DNA of 64,000 nucleotides from Candidatus Lloydbacteria bacterium RIFCSPHIGHO2_02_FULL_50_18 (GTDB lineage Bacteria; Patescibacteriota; Minisyncoccia; Phycocordibacterales; UBA6899): NCBI GenBank assembly GCA_001821395.1, contig MHLM01000014.1, positions 1 to 64,000 of the forward strand, read 5' to 3'. Shown piece by piece: positions 63,187 to 64,000 of this stretch (position 1 is its first letter; each line of letters starts with the position of its first letter). The notes under the pieces were generated by a model. It saw only the letters and a program-made list of their open reading frames with translations, ran no database searches and was not told where the DNA came from. The position numbers and the translations under genes were made by a program.

Positions 63187-64000
63187 ATGTATAATCGTGC
63201 TTTGCTGACGTTGTTTTTTACGATATTCCTCGACATGGTAGGGGTGGGCATCCTCATCCCCGTCGTCCCCGTACTTTTTGCGAACCCGCTCTCTTCTCAT
63301 TATCTGCTTGCGCCCGGTACGCCGAAAGAAACGGGATACGTGCTGCTTGGGATCATGCTTGCGCTCTATTCATTCGGACAATTCTTTGCCGCACCAATCA
63401 TGGGGCAACTTTCGGACAGGTTCGGTCGGAAGAAACTGCTTTTAGTGTCGATCATGGGAACCGCGATCGGGCAGATGCTCTTCGGGGTAGGGATCCTTTT
63501 GAAATCGGTCATACTCCTTTTTGTCGTGCGACTTTTCACCGGGATATCGTCGGGGAATATCATCGTCTCACAGGCGGCCATCGCCGACATCACTACTCCT
63601 GAAAATCGTGCAAAGAATTTCGGATTGATCGGTGCGGCATTCGGTCTAGGGTTCATTGTCGGGCCATTTCTCGGAGGGAAACTCTCTGACCCGACTCTTG
63701 TTTCGTGGTTCAGTGCATCAACCCCGTTCTGGTTCGCGTCGGCGCTTTCGCTTCTCAATCTTATCTTTGTTTTCACTACATTCAAGGAAACGAATCATTT
63801 TTTGAAACGAGGTGAACCCTTGCGTGCAGGGAAGGCAATCACCAATATCGTGCGCGCCTTTAATGCGAAGCATCTGCGTCCGATATTCGTCACAAATTTT
63901 CTCTTTCAAATGGGTTTTTCCTTTTACGTAACCTTCGCAAGCGTTTTTCTCTATTATCGATTTGGTTTTACCGAGTCATCGATCGGGAATTATTTTGCCT
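63187..64000 (+). CDS. MFS transporter (Tet/drug-H+ antiporter-like), N-terminal part, runs off the window
   Basis: Not in the ORF track because there is no stop within the window. MFS motif A GQLSDRFGRKK and multiple TM helices. Confidence 0.75.
   Translation, partial: MYNRALLTLFFTIFLDMVGVGILIPVVPVLFANPLSSHYLLAPGTPKETGYVLLGIMLALYSFGQFFAAPIMGQLSDRFGRKKLLLVSIMGTAIGQMLFGVGILLKSVILLFVVRLFTGISSGNIIVSQAAIADITTPENRAKNFGLIGAAFGLGFIVGPFLGGKLSDPTLVSWFSASTPFWFASALSLLNLIFVFTTFKETNHFLKRGEPLRAGKAITNIVRAFNAKHLRPIFVTNFLFQMGFSFYVTFASVFLYYRFGFTESSIGNYFA

Noticed and set aside
1..64000. Possibility of an alternative genetic code (UGA recoding, as in some CPR lineages)
   Set aside because: Conserved genes (rsmI, clpX, secA, murB, asnB, rfbB) are full length with standard stops and show no in-frame TGA, so the standard code fits.
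1..64000. CRISPR arrays, integrases, transposases, reverse transcriptases (retron/DGR)
   Set aside because: No regularly spaced identical repeats of at least 3 copies and no ORF with integrase, transposase or RT motifs were found. The only repeats are the rfbB-tail copies, the tRNA-unit duplication and the two-copy 33-nt repeat.

Overview
This 64 kb window looks like a Patescibacteria/CPR-like bacterial chromosome segment under the standard genetic code, with GGAGG-type ribosome-binding sites. It opens with the 3' two-thirds of a 16S rRNA gene. That gene is not followed by an ITS-23S: it has its own terminator, then three small ORFs, a tRNA-Ile(GAU) and a decayed tandem copy of the tRNA unit. 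Next come housekeeping and envelope genes: rsmI, a DUF4015-like hydrolase, a Rieske-type oxygenase, a TraD/VirD4-like ATPase, clpX and a lamin-tail-domain surface protein. The centre of the window, roughly 13.4-56 kb, is a very large glycan biosynthesis and decoration locus. It carries at least 10 glycosyltransferases (GT4/GT2/DUF616), a UXS-like decarboxylase fused to a GT4 N-domain, an epimerase, two tandem truncated UGDH-like paralogs and seven class-I SAM methyltransferases. It also holds an AsnB-type amidotransferase, an O-carbamoyltransferase followed by SGNH-hydrolase, SxtJ-like and DUF5989 (SxtK-like) genes, FemAB-like and deacetylase-like proteins, a Wzx flippase, rfbB/rfbA/rfbD and an O-antigen-ligase-like protein with TPR repeats. 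A bacterial ELP3 (radical-SAM/GNAT) homolog sits inside the locus. Between wzx and rfbB are two opposite-strand cargo genes, a wHTH-GHKL ATPase-STAS protein and a class-II Fic AMPylase. Each is preceded by a decayed copy of the 3' end of rfbB, which looks like the footprint of repeated insertions at the rfbB 3' end. The window ends with murB, secA, a YjjX-like NTPase and the start of an MFS transporter. No CRISPR array, integrase, transposase or reverse transcriptase is evident.
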